From: Marsupella aquatica | Lineage: Eukaryota; Plantae; Marchantiophyta | Length of the DNA stretch: 64,000 nucleotides | Direction: 5' to 3' | Assembly: GCA_973895155.1 (NCBI GenBank) | Contig: OZ316896.1 | Location: 3,038,001 to 3,102,000, forward strand | In this document: one piece after another, positions 23,882 to 37,118 of the stretch | Numbering within the stretch: position 1 is the stretch's first letter | How the letters are laid out: each line of letters starts with the position of its first letter | Notes under the pieces: model-generated | Database searches by the model: none | Told to the model about the DNA's origin: nothing | What the model saw: only the letters and a program-made list of their open reading frames with translations | Position numbers and translations under genes: made by a program

Positions 23882-26800
23882 AATTAATAATTGATATCAG
23901 CTGCTAATAATTGATGATGTTGCATGTGTACCTTTGGGCCCTGGGTCTTCTTGTACACAATTGGGATTTGGCTGGCCTATAACGTGTTTATAACCTCCCC
24001 ATGGGGCTCCTTTTTGGGTTACGAGAGATGAGATCACAGGTGATAAGTGACCAATCTTTTCGTTCCGTGAAAGTTCTTCACTGCCATCTGGGTTGCACAC
24101 CATTTGGGGGGCCAAAAACCCTTAGGGAGGGAAAATGGGGGGACCCCGAGGAGACCAAAGGGACTCTATTCCACCTCTCTGAAAGTCTTTCCCACATTTG
24201 GCGAAAATGGCGATGTTTTTTTGTCTTCCATTAGCTAATTTTTTCACCTAGCCAGAGACCCCACGAGCCAGAATCTAATGGTTAGACTCAAAACTAGCCA
24301 GACCAAAACGATAAAAAATAATCGAAATTAGAGAATGAATAGTGTTAGCATGTTCTTTTTGACATTCCATCTTGGCCAAAAGAAAAAAACCTTAAAAAAT
24401 TAGAATTGTTATGCCTATACCTTTCACTGAAAATACAAAGGAAGACTCATCAAAGGAGAGGTTTCCCACTTTCCCTGGTGGCCTGTCTGCCATGAATGAA
24501 TGCAGATGACACGAAGCCGTCCAGAGTCCAGACACTCCAGGAGGAGATCATGAATGAGGAATTGAGGAGTCCCATCGACGACTTTGCTGTCCTTTCAATT
24601 GAACCAAGAGAATCGAATCGTCGATTTGGCAATCTACATTCATTAATGCATTTGGCGGAAAACTATATTAGTAGTCTCTTACATCATTCTCTCCCATAGT
24701 TTCCGTCTCACTCAGCCTCTTCAGACTTCAGCTGTACATATCGTGGGCACTGTTCTGGTGATAGGTGTCTGTTTGAAGGTCGTCCATGACGTTGTCCCGT
24801 CTACAGTAACTTTTCCTACTGAAGTGAGAGTCATGGAGACATCTGCGTCAAAACCGTCGTGTTGTGTTTGTGCCACCAGTGATCCACTCACGTCCCCAAT
24901 CTTCGGGCGGTTCTGCTGCATCATCAGGCAATAATTGTGAGCACGCCAACCAACAATTCCAGGAAGCTCAAAGGTTTTGGTGTCACACAAGAAGCTCACA
25001 CAAGCGGGCACGCTCTTAAAGACATAGCAAGGGCCTGTGCTCTTTTACTAGAGCAGGGTCCTGTCGAACGTGCATATATTCTGGCTTCCAAGAGGCATCT
25101 GAAGTTAAAATTTTCATGAGACAGTGCTGTTCCTGAAGTTCTTGAAGCTATAGTCAGGCTTCTTACGAAACTTCTATACTTCTCTTGCTGAGCCCAGAAC
25201 GTAAGCTTAAGTCTTGAATGTGGTGACCCGATCCGAGCTAAATTGATAAGAACAAGACATATTAGGCTCCGACATCATGTATCCACTATTAAATGACCAA
25301 TCTGGCTTGATTATGAGAAAACCTACGGGTAATCCCATGGCTAAGGAGTCCCAAAGCATGACATAAGAATGTCATTGTAAGCACTGAACAGTGCCTAGTA
25401 TTATAAAGCTTGAAAAGTTCTTCATAGTTGCTTCCGAGAGGCATGAGTTTTGGGCCCGAACTGATCAATCATCAAAAGCAGAGCAAAATGCAGTATTGAT
25501 TAAGCTTTGCAGAGCAGAACACAGGTAGTCTATCGAGCAAGACTTGACTAAGCTGCAAATAGTGGAACTTACGATGACTTAAAAGAAGGTCAAGCTGGAA
25601 ACGGCGTGGACGAAACCACCAAAAAGGAAAGATCCGTTTGAACTACTTGTGGATTTGCTTGACTGTTGTGCACACTAAGAGCATCATATTGGGACGATTT
25701 GTTATTAGCGAAGTATCAGGTTCTCATTGAATTGTATACGCTGGATAATCTTCTTGAAGATTCTCATCATTCAAATATCCATGAGGCCTAGAACCGACGA
25801 CGGATCTCATTTCATTGCTTCTATTGGAACTTACACCAAGCGCAAAAGCGCAGACCTCATCAATGACATAAACGAGGACAACGCATTGAAAAGCTTGTAG
25901 AAACTCTGGTCTCTTCAGTTCCAAAAACCGTTGGAATCAAAACTTTAGCTTGAAATTCATGTGCATTCAACTGGATTGACATTAGAAGAAATGGGATTGC
26001 CACAAATTGAATTAATGAATTGAAACAATATCGTCAGCATGTGACTCAATCGCGGCAAAATTGATCACAGAATGAAGGAGAAGCTCCAAAATCAAGTAAC
26101 ATGATCCGTATCAATTCTCAGTCTGGCTGATCATTCTAGAGCAGACAGGTAACCCATGGCTAACAGAAGATCCAACTGAGAACTGTGTTGGGCTTACAGC
26201 TGCATTGAATTGACCTGACAGATATGGATTCAACAGAGGGGAGACAGGAGAGATTCTTCACATTTTGTCTTCGGGGTGAAGTGTTTTGGTCAAGAGTCTA
26301 TCAAAATTGGTAGTAGCGGAGCGAAATGCAGAATTGATCATGCTCTGGGAGCAGAACGCTGCCTGGCAAAATTTATCGAGCCTGGAAATGGAACTTACGA
26401 GGACTTGATGAAGTTCTGAAGAGCCTTTTGATCGACACTCCTACGATCACCGACGAACGTGAGGCCCACACTTGTTTTGGCCTCCAATTGCAATTCTACA
26501 GACAATTTAGTCCATGCGTCTTGCGTAGTTCCAAGCTTAGCTACTCGTAACTAAATTTGCTTATTTCGTCATCAAATTTAGTCAAAAGTACGAGGACCTC
26601 TACAATTCAGTGACGTTACGGACATTACTTTTTCTGGAGTGCATACGCGGTGTTGAAGAAAAGCAGCGAGAATGGATTATGGCAGATGACGGAAGGCGCG
26701 AGCATGGTTCAGAGAGGTTAGCCCTCGTCCACACGGCCAGATAAGTAAGCTCATGGAGTCGACAGTTTCCAGGAGAAGCCTTGAAGATATTCGATGGCAG

Positions 26801-28952
26801 AGGATCGAAGCCAGAAGGTGGAGGCGACGCCGGCAGACAGTTGGCAAGGTGAAACCGTCGAAGAATGATCTCTCCATAAGCATCCTGGAGCAGCCACAAC
26901 GATTTCGGAGCACGGTTATGATGAATAAAGATGCCAAGGTATTCTGCGAGCTCCCGCATCTGGGTATTGCCCGCGAGAGTTGGAGCGATATTAATGCTGT
27001 CATCGGAAGACTGTGACCTCAATATCTCCACGGGGGTTTTTCGTTGTTCTTCAGAGTGGTTCTCTTCCTAGCTGCATCCTCACAAGAAAAGTACCTACTG
27101 TCAAGGCTTTCAGATTGAAAACAGTGCAGTCTCAAAGTAAGCATTTGCACAAGAAAGCCTGCAACTCCTGTACAGCCTTTTTAAACGACAGATAGCTTGA
27201 GGAGTTAGGCCAATGACAGGCACTACAAGATACCTACTCTCCTCCCAAAGTAAACGGAAAACCTACTCGCAAATTGACAAGCACTATCAAGATCTAAAAC
27301 ATTCGACGTTCAATCAGGAATGGCCATGCATAGTTACATCTGAATCGCATTCGTTACGAGGATGCTTTTAAAACGTGGTGCAGTCCTTTATCTTAGAAAG
27401 GCTGATTCGCTGTCCACTGTGATCAACAATTGTTTAGTAGTTCTATGAACCTTTGTGATCTTACTTCCATTTGGTTCTCAGCTGCAAACTTTCTGAGAAA
27501 CACCAGCATGATTAGAAAATTACCTGGTACTGCTGGAGATGTTTTAGCAGGAGTTGCTGCGGGAGTCTTATGTTTCACTACTGGATGCGAAGATCCCTTA
27601 GGGGCAGGATCTTCTTTCTCAGGCTCCACAGCCAGTGGTATTTCTACTGGTGATAGTTGGGGAATAGCGTTTTCGATCCTATCCGTTTCTGAAGCTGGTA
27701 TAGAAGATTCTTCGGTCCCGTTACCAGCGTATGGTGATAGGTCTGCAATGCAATTCCCAATACGCACAGGGTTACACATTTGGCATATACATACTATCAA
27801 AACTGAATGTCACAGCTTTTCAAAAAGATAAATTGCCCCTAAAAATCTTTACAAATTCTTCCCATACGTCATTGTTTCTGGGCGGGGCATTCAATGTTCT
27901 CAGATCCAGCAATGATAGCTGCTGAACATTTCCGTAGATGTTGCAGATAGTGTCGGGTATGCTAAAAAGTTCAGGAAGTCGTCTCATGGCCCTGAAATCC
28001 ATTTTACAAAAGGGGAGCTCTGGTAGATTTCACCAGCGTAAGCTTTTTAACCCATCTTGCTCTCACTGCCTTCCTACGCGACTCCGAAAAGCTTATAATA
28101 CTATATATGCGACTTCTGAAAGCAATTTTGTTCATATCTTTGCGAGACATTAAAATTTAGTAAGAAAAATCCCTCTAGAAACTTACCAAGACGGGAACAT
28201 AGCCTACAGATGGAATCGACTGGAAGATTTGGCATACGTAAAGATCTACATGAACTGCATGAAAGAAAGAAATTTGACAATAATAACCTGTAGTAGAGAT
28301 TGCGTCGGTTATTCCTGGACCGGTTGACTCCTCGAGAGCCATGTCCATCTCTCTGGAAATACTGGGTGGAGACTCTGCTGTGGCCGCTGGAGAATGGTGA
28401 TGTCCATCATCAGAACCTTCATCTGAAGATCCTCCGGGAGCAACTGGACCACCTTTGCCCGGGCAGTGCTTCTTGTGGTTCTTCCTAATCTTTGGGCTGG
28501 GTCTCGCATTTGGATACTTCCACCCACACACCTTACAAATCCAAATATCGTACTCATCCTTTTGATGGGGCATCAAACCACCAGGCATGACGGCAGGGGC
28601 GGTGGCCTCAATTTGAGCTGGAGTTTCTTTAGCAGCCCCATTAACGATCCGTGTTTCATCAGGGTAGGATTCCGATCGGTGACCCTTCTGAAGAGATGCG
28701 TGATCGAAGTTCCTTGAGGTTTCCATCTGAGGAAAAGCGCCATCTACTGCCATTTCCTGTGGTGCCACATTTCCTGCCGATCCAGAATGAGAAATCGGTA
28801 ACACTTTTCACAACATTCTTTCGACAGCCACAAAATGGACGGGAGAGCAGGGAGAAGTACAGAAATGAGTGTTGATCGAGACGGACATTCAATGGCATGA
28901 GACGCAGTGCTGATCTCATCCACTAATCGAGCCGTTCCACGAAATATTTTCT

Positions 28953-29062
28953 CTCATCCGTTGTAAGATTTAGATCCAATAGTGAGTTCTGTCATCCGTT
29001 GTAAGATTAGATCCATTAGTGAGTTGTCTCATCGGTTGTAAGATTAGATCCAACAGTGAGTT
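28953..29062. repeat. Tandem repeat, ~37 bp, three copies
   Basis: tcatc(c/g)gttgtaagattagatcca..agtgagtt repeated three times. Confidence 0.85.
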
Positions 29063-29196
29063 GATAATTATTTTTGTTTGGGTTGATAATTATTTTTGTT
29101 GGGGGACACGTTAGTAATATGGGGTAGTCCAGATTAGTAAAAAACTGTTACATACAATTAGAAGAGGGCGTAACACACATTAGTAAAAGACTGTTA

Positions 29197-30003
29197 CAGT
29201 GAACTCTGGATAAATGTACACTCCATAAAAGCTTATCCTGGATTATTGCATGCCATCTTGTTTTTCCCTTTTTTTTACAGGGGATAAGTTGTTTTTAAGC
29301 ATTTTTTCTAAGCGCACATAGGGCTAAAATCATTCCACTAAATGACCACTTTCTAAGCGCTTACCCTCGATAAGTGATTGAATGCGCTTATATGTAAATG
29401 CATAAACTCCAGAAATGTCATTTACCAATAAAGGCATGCCCATTATTAGTAGAGTACATAATGCACTTAAGGAGTTTGGGCAAAGAATTAGGGCAGGGAT
29501 CAAGGTACGAGGCTGACTATGGGCTCTTTTAGTCCAGATGGCAAATGGACCTATATTGAAGGGAAATACAATGTTGAGGCAGTGGAGGGCAAGTAGACCA
29601 GGCAGGAAGCTCCTTAATTGAAGGGGACTGCTCAGTCCATACTGCCGTCGGTACTGAAGAAGTTGTGTAGGCCCAATGTAGGAACTGTAATCCACTTTTG
29701 TTTTTACTACGCATTGGACACATAATGTTGTCATTGGATATATTGTAGTATTTACAATGTGCATGGTGAGTTTTGGAGTCCATATCATTGTTCATTGACT
29801 TGGTAGTGATCAATCTACCATCGCCCACACAACTTGGTCTCAAATACCTGGAAACCCTGGATAATTACACATTTAACAAAGGATCCCAAATTAAGCACAC
29901 TTATCTATTACAGCACTTTTAGTGGGATGTGCGTTTATCAAGTCATGCAACACCTGCTTTAGTGCACGCCAAATCAGAGGGTGCGTTTATCCAGAGTTCA
30001 CTG
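29197..30003. mobile_element. Tc1/mariner-type non-autonomous element (807 bp)
   Basis: Perfect 18-bp TIR CAGTGAACTCTGGATAAA with a TA TSD (29195-29196, 30004-30005). It splits the second copy of a ~45-bp tandem repeat, whose first copy shows the empty site. Confidence 0.9.
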
Positions 30004-32430
30004 TACATACAATGAGAAGAGGGCATAACATTTGGGCAAGCGAATTAGCTACTGTAGCTGACATGTTCCTTTCTTGATTCATAGTCAAAAACTCCAAGAG
30101 CTTGGAGTCATAGGCCTACAGTTATATTCTCTAAGGGGGAGTGGATGTCTGGAGCAATAGGCCTACAATTATAACCTCCAAGGGGGGATTGATTGATGTC
30201 GTCTGCAGACCCGCCACCGCCCCCAACCCTCCCCCACAGTAGCATTGCTCTTGTACTAGCTTTCCTTGGGCAGTGCTTCTTGTCATTATTCCTGATCTTG
30301 AGGTCTGGCTTTGCATTTGGATATTTCCATCCACAATCCTTGTATTATGAATGTCACAATCCATAGTTGTCCTTATGATGAGGACACAATGTGCAAATTA
30401 ATATTCATTTGGTTCATTGAACACCATGTCCATGAACATTTAACAAGCAAGTAGTTTACAAAAAAAATTACATGATTCACTTCAAATGAGGTTATGTCCA
30501 CAAGAACACACAAAATAATGTTTAATGCATTCTAGGCCTGTTGATCATACCAAGTCTCCACAACACAAGTTCTCCCTATCTGTCAAATAAGTCCGTAACA
30601 ATGAACCAAAGTCCCTCTTCCACAAACAAACATTACTTGGGTATATAGTAGCAGCACGGTTAACGTAACCAAATCTATAACTACAGTTAGCCCAACTAAG
30701 TATGGTCATAATCATAATTATAGACCTAAGAGGAAATGTCTAACAATCCCCCCTAATACTCGATCTGGTCTAAAGGGAGGTAATATTGTTACCCCTGTTG
30801 TTACCTATATGATTACTCAATGGGTTCTCGACAAACCCCAAACACGGCTTTCCCCTGGGCCCTCACTCTTACTATATTAAGTAAAATGTCCCAAGAGCAG
30901 ACCCCCCTTGTACCCTTTCTTAATAGTTTTTTTCCACATAAAAAAATCCCTTATTAATCTAAAAATAAAACTTTTCCTATTAAACTTGATCCTTTAGTAA
31001 ATTATAATAGATTTTTTCAAGGAATTGGAAACACCCTTGAAAAACCAAAATTGCAAATATCCTACAAAGATTCAGAAAAATATAAATAAGATCAGACATT
31101 CTTATTTTGCCTAGGGAACCTATATGCTACGCCCATGCTAGCTACGCAGGAGATTTCCTAACAGATTTTATATATATAGATAAACAAAATTAGTACCAGA
31201 GAATTATTAATAGTTCTTTCTGTCTTTGTCTATAAGTCTGGTAGCCTGTAGACCTCATCAAGGTCAACTAAACTAGTACTAAAATTAACAAAATCCAATC
31301 AAGATAAAATTAAGTAGTTTCCCCTTGTGCTGCTGCAAGTCCCAATTGTTGCCCTCCATCTGCCCATAGCTTGAGATCAATAGATGCAGGGCCTAGACAG
31401 GTTGTATAAATAGATGCAGGGCCTGGAAGATCAATAGATGCAGGGACCTCAAATCCACCCAAAAAAATTGTAGTCCTATTGCCATCAGGTCCTGCAACAG
31501 GTACATATGGTAGTTCTCACAATCAACTTTCTAAATGTAAATGTCTCAGTCTCCAGCAGATGCCTCCCAGTCTAGATTAGCCATAATACTCAATTGCAGA
31601 TAGGGGGGCGTGACTCTTCTTGCAGTGACACCTCCTTTTTGGTTTAGTTACATTGATCTAACATGAGGCAAAGTTTGGCCTCTCTTAGGCAATGTTTTTT
31701 TCTCCATTGCAGACAATTTGATGTGTTCCCCTGGGGAATCATTGATTTGTTGGATTATTAGAAGGGGTGCGAACAAATGAAAGTTATTTTTAATCTTGTC
31801 AGGCTAATAAAATTTTATAATCAAACACTTATACTGAAGGCAATTTTAAAATCCAATTTTGGTAAAAATATTATTATCTATATTCAACAAAGTATTTAAA
31901 AATTTTCCAAAATCTTAAAATAAAGGGTACAAGGTATTCAGCAAAACCAGTAACTATTTAAAAATTTGTCAAAATATTATATAAAAACAGGTTACAAGGG
32001 TGTTCAGCAAAATAAGTATTTGAAAATTTGACAAAATCTTATAATAAAGGGTACAAGCATTTTTTCAATTGAATTTATTTTTCCATAATTTATTTGTTTG
32101 TTCTCACATGTTTTATGGGTTTAAATTTATACTAAGAGCCCGACTAAGAGATTCTATACTCGGAGGGTCGACTATCAAAAATTGTATGAACCATGTGCGA
32201 TCCAAACTAAGTAATTGAGATATAAATTAGATAAATTTTTATAAAGTGTAGGAGATAAAAAAAGGTATTATAAACTCAAATTTATAGAATATTTTCTAAT
32301 ATATGTTTTTTATAAAGTAAAATATGTCATTAATATTGAAAATAAAAAATATTCTAAAAATATTCTTTTAATAAAATAGGTAATTAATATTAGGCTAGGA
32401 GCGCACGTGATACCCCAGAATATACATTAA

Positions 32431-34201
32431 GTGGACCCCTCAAGATTTCATAGGGGATCAATGTGCCTTGTGTGTTTTTGCTTCACCGATTTCCCTTCAC
32501 GGAACTATATGATCTGGTTTTTCCCTGGTGCTAAGCATAAGTTACATTTAGTTTGTGGCATGGATTGCATTCAATTTGTGTCATTCATTTGTACATTTAG
32601 TTGCATAAACTCTTCTTGGTACTCATGGAAAGTGCAATGGTTACAGGAGTCACCAAAGCAAAAAGGAGAGAGTTCATACTTCTTGTACAAACTTGGGATA
32701 TAGTGGGGATGATTTGTATGATAGGTGATAACAGTCAACTGATGTTCAAAATTCTCACTTGGGCCAAAGATCCGACAATGCTTTATTTGTACTGTATTTA
32801 TTTGTGGTTTTGCTTCACCGCTTTCCTTTTAGGGAACTATATGATATGGTTTTCCCCTTGTGCTAAATAGGGATTTGCATTCAGATTGTGTCGTTAAGTT
32901 GTACGTTCAGTCGCACATATTTCTCTTTGTATGCTGCATATTAGAGACTATTTTATAAATGTAAATTAATCATACCTTTTATGCCCTCGTGCGCTTTAAT
33001 TTATTTTAGCTAATCTCTATCAAAAATATGTATTTTGGATCGCACATGATTCCTACAATCCAAAATTCCTATGTTCCTACGTTCCACGATTCCTACATTC
33101 CTACGTCCAACTCTTTGGAATGTAGGAACGTCCAACTCTTAACTTAGGAACGTAGGAACGTCCAACTCTTAGGAACGTAGGAACTCTTAGGATCGTAGGA
33201 ATCCTACATTCCTTTGTCCAACTCTTAGGAACCATTAACGTGGGGTTAATAGTGAACCTCTGGAGACAAAAATGTGACCCATAAATTACGGGTTTTGTAC
33301 TGTTTGTAGCCCGTTTCAGTTAGTTTAGTAATTGGTTGTAAGTTCTTGCTTATGCCCAATCTAGTCTGAACATTCTAAGCAAAGGTGAGGCGCATATTTC
33401 AGTTCATTTTAAAAGACATTTAATATCCTGGACATCATTTTCTCTGATCAAATGCCTACAACCCTATGAACATTTGCATCTCAAGCACATTTTTTTGTGT
33501 GTTGATGCAATAATAACAAAATCCTTGAAATTTGAATAAGTGTACTTCACACATTGAAAGTACCATTTAAACATTTATAAGTTCTCAATGTATCCATTAC
33601 TTATTTGCAAAAGAAAATCAGCAATCTCCCTTCCTAGTCATTTATGTCCATTAAATAATCTCTCTCCATAAAAAGAAATTCAACTCTCCCCTCATTTCCT
33701 TTTGACCGTTCCATTGTGTTAGAATTTTCTTGTCCCTGTTCTCTCTCTAAGTAAGGTCATCTTGAGACCTAAATATGGTACAGATAATCAGTGACTGTAC
33801 CAATAGTCTATGTATCTGACGATTATAGAGCTTGGGCCAATTGTCTTCCTCCAGACACAACATCATGCATGGCATTCTGTTTGAGTTGGCCATTGTGTTC
33901 AGTTTTGACTCTTAACTGTCATACATTTATCACAAAAGGTACCAAATTGATAAATCGCCAATATTCAAACAAAGCAACATTAAAATCAACGCCCATTTTC
34001 AAGCAAACACCCCATTCACAATGTATTTCACAATACCCTGTAATACAGTTAGACAGGTATTTGGAGACTAGAGCACTTAAGATATATTTCCAAACCGACT
34101 TTGAATAAACCCAGAGACTGCAGCACAAATATATTTCCAATGACCCATCTTTCTTATTAAATTTAAGAACCCCTAAAGGGAGATAGGAGATTGGGGTCCA
34201 C
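32431..34201. mobile_element. Possible additional GGACCCC-ended TIR element(s) with internal ttcctac/taggaacg repeats
   Basis: gtggacccc at 32431 and ggggtccac at 34193-34201; short-repeat cluster at 33065-33230. Pairing of the two ends is inferred only. Confidence 0.35.
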
Positions 34202-35725
34202 AAACTAACTTGGACTTATATTTAATCTACCACATAGTGTCCGCTCTCCTCTAAGAAAATAAAGAAAAATAAGCATAATCTAAATAAAACCCTAAAGTAC
34301 CATTAACCCTAAAAGTAGTAAAACAAGCCCATTAAAGCATGAGAAACAAATAAATTTGATGCTTGTTTCCATTTCTTTATGTCTCATTGAGATGTACTTT
34401 TTTCTTCCACAATAACCAATTATGATAGAGCTGACCTAAATTAGATAATTTATATATTATGTATATACAATACATATTATTTCACAATACATTTTATACC
34501 TCTTCCTAATTATTACGTGGACCCCCATGTTCATCCAAGGAATGTGTACGTGTGCAATGAAGTGAAATCAATTTTTAGCAAGACGATAACTAATGATTTT
34601 AAGTCTCTTGGCAGTCTTGGTTGTCTGATATGATCTCTTTGGTTTATCAGATGGAAGGTTGAATGTGGACGAATTGAGCTTTTGTACGTTTTTCGCTTAC
34701 ATATTGGAGAAATCGTGTTTCTACCATTCATGATTGATTGTTTGTGAGTTACGTTGAGCATTACCGTCACAAGACAGACTGGAGAACAACACTCAAATGT
34801 TGGCAAAAGAGCGCTTGTCGTTTTGGTGGGACGAACGCACAAAACAGACGAGCCTTCACATGAAGGTTTTGTAGTTTTTTTAATTTAAAAAAGCTATGGT
34901 CTGAGAGGGAGACGAGCGATTGTTTCTTTGACATAGAGGTTGCATTTGGCATCAACCTGTGTTTAGAGTGAGCTTTGGTTGAAGATTGGAGGGACGTGAA
35001 CAATTCAAACCGGGAAGCAAGCGTTGCAAACAAGCAATGGCAACATAATCAAAGAAATCAATTTGCAGCGGCTAAGTTTATGACAACGACAAGATTGTAA
35101 CATCTCTTAATCAAGAAAGGGTTTCCAATGAGCCTCAGATTGACAAACTTTGTAAGTTCCAAATGAGATTTGAATTTCTCTACCTTTCCAATGAGTGTGA
35201 CAATAAGAAATTTTGATCAATCATGAGTTCGTGAATTCTTTGCTTTCTAACATTGAGTCCAACATTGATCAATTTTACGTTAGACTTTGTCACGGTACTA
35301 AAGAGATCATGAGGTTTTCAATCTCTCTAGCTTTCTAATGTGTGACATTGGGAATATTTGTCAAGAATTAGAAAGATCATGAGTATTCGAATTTCTCTAG
35401 TTTTCCAATGAACCTAACATTATTTGATAGATTTGGTCAAGTACTAAGAAGATGATGAGTTTCTAATTTACTCTAGCTTTTCAATGAGTGTGACATTGAG
35501 AGATTTTATCAAGACACTACTGAAGAGGTCATGAATTTATCAATCTTGATCTTGAACTTTTCAATGAATCAAACATTGGGTAACAGATTTCATCAAGTAC
35601 TAAGGAGATTGATTATTTAGTTTGACAATGTGGAGCCAAAGGGTTTATAACTATGCACATTTTTATTGATTGGATTTTTCAAACTTGCAAAAAATTAAAA
35701 AAATACAAGCATTTTGATGTAAAAC

Positions 35726-37118
35726 AGTGGTGGACCTGCCACCCAGTGCCCTCACCAATCCCAACACCCACGCCTAAGTGTCTTTGGTGCTTGAATGCCT
35801 CCACGGAATATCTTGGGCAAGCAACCTGATGTCCCTTGCACCGTCTGCGGCCCCTCCCATACAAAGTCATACTTGCCCCTAAACGCCACTGCTACTCAAC
35901 GGTCATCACTGTCTGCACAAGCAACCAAGCGTCCTGGTAAGTAACCCTTCAGGATCTAGATCCCCCAAGTCTAGCATCCTAACTCAAGCTCAACAGACAT
36001 TGGTAAGTAGTTCAGCGATAGGTTCTCCCGGGCCATAAGCAGGAACCAGAACTGGCACCCACTGTTCGTCTAGAACAGCTCCTTCCTTGGGCGCAACCCG
36101 GGTTCCCCCTCGTACCTATCCATCACCAGCTGACCGCCTTGCCCCCAGGACATGCTCATGGCCCAAATAGCATAGCTTGTCCTAAAGTTTGTCCCAAGCT
36201 TGTCCCAACACGTCTTGGGCCCTGGGCCCTCACTCCGTGTAAAAGAAGTGGACCCCCTGCGATCGGGCCTTTTTCTTGTTTACCCCTTGTTATTTCCATT
36301 TTACTATTAAAAGTTCCCTTATTACTGGTAATAATTATAATTTTTAGTTCAAAATGAAGAAAAATTACCCTTTGAGCGTTTGCACGTCCTCCATGTATTA
36401 GTTAAGACTGAGGGCCCAGGGGTCTTGGGTGCATTGGAGTTATCGTCGTTTCCATTTGGCATTTTCCTTTAGTGTCGCGACCGTCGTGGCTCACGATTTC
36501 GGCTTGCCCTTAGCCCCCAGGGAGACACCACTCCCCTCATATATGCTTCTGGAGACCTGCCACCCCCGGACCAACTTTTGGCCCCCCACCTGGACCCCAA
36601 CCCGCATGTCTGGGCACGCCACCAACTGGCAATGCCCATAACTTTCTAGTTAGGTGTCCGCAAGCGAAGTGCCTTAGCCCGTTGTGATCGGGCCGACCCA
36701 GTGCTCATGCCTAGGCCCTTTGTCGCCCGGGACCCCCAATCGGCCAAACCCGGATTGGGCCATAACTCGTGCCCCAAACATTCGTTGCCCATGGAGTCAA
36801 CTCCATTGGCCTTGGGCCCAAGAGGAGCTCTCACTCAAGCCCTCAAAACTCAAAGTCCATCCGGGGGGTCCAAATAGTCGAACTTGAGCCCGGCCCTCTC
36901 CTCTTTGACCCGACCAGCCCTCAACTAGTCTAAGTACTTAGCATGTGTCACCAGCTTAGCGCCTTGCCTTTGCCAGTGCCACGCCCGGTTGCCCACAAGT
37001 CTCCCCAATCATGCTAAGTCCTCCCCGGATGGCCTATCTGGGCCTGGACCATAGGAAAGCTCGGCGTCGGAGTCAGCAACGTGGGAACTAAGTGTCAAGG
37101 TAAACGAGTTTAGCGACT
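35726..37118 (+). mobile_element. Solo-LTR-like element with AGT...ACT termini and 5-bp TSD AAAAC
   Basis: AAAAC at 35721-35725 and 37119-37123. Starts AGTGGTGGACC, ends TTTAGCGACT. Direct similarity to 21310-22803 with an internal deletion. The host sequence is contiguous at the corresponding site near 20545. Confidence 0.85.
36220..36421. mobile_element. hAT-type MITE (202 bp) nested in the solo-LTR-like element
   Basis: 13-bp TIR CCCTGGGCCCTCA / TGAGGGCCCAGGG; 8-bp TSD GTCTTGGG at 36212-36219 and 36422-36429. Confidence 0.88.

Larger units (their letters stand above)
27524..30385 (-). pseudogene. Partial decayed paralog of the zinc-finger-repeat gene
   Basis: Exon-1-like remnant (~30245-30385) is frameshifted with a disrupted finger. 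Exon-2-like 28288-28773 is open with an intact finger and splice sites. Exon-3-like 27524-27742 is in frame with the finger deleted. Intron similarity also persists (27075-27197 vs 11790-11910). No equivalents of exons 4-5 were seen. Confidence 0.75.

Noticed and set aside
24496-27016. Protein-like ORF fragments at 24.5-25.1 kb and 26.6-27.0 kb
   Set aside because: Multiple stops and no identifiable family; a translated search is needed.
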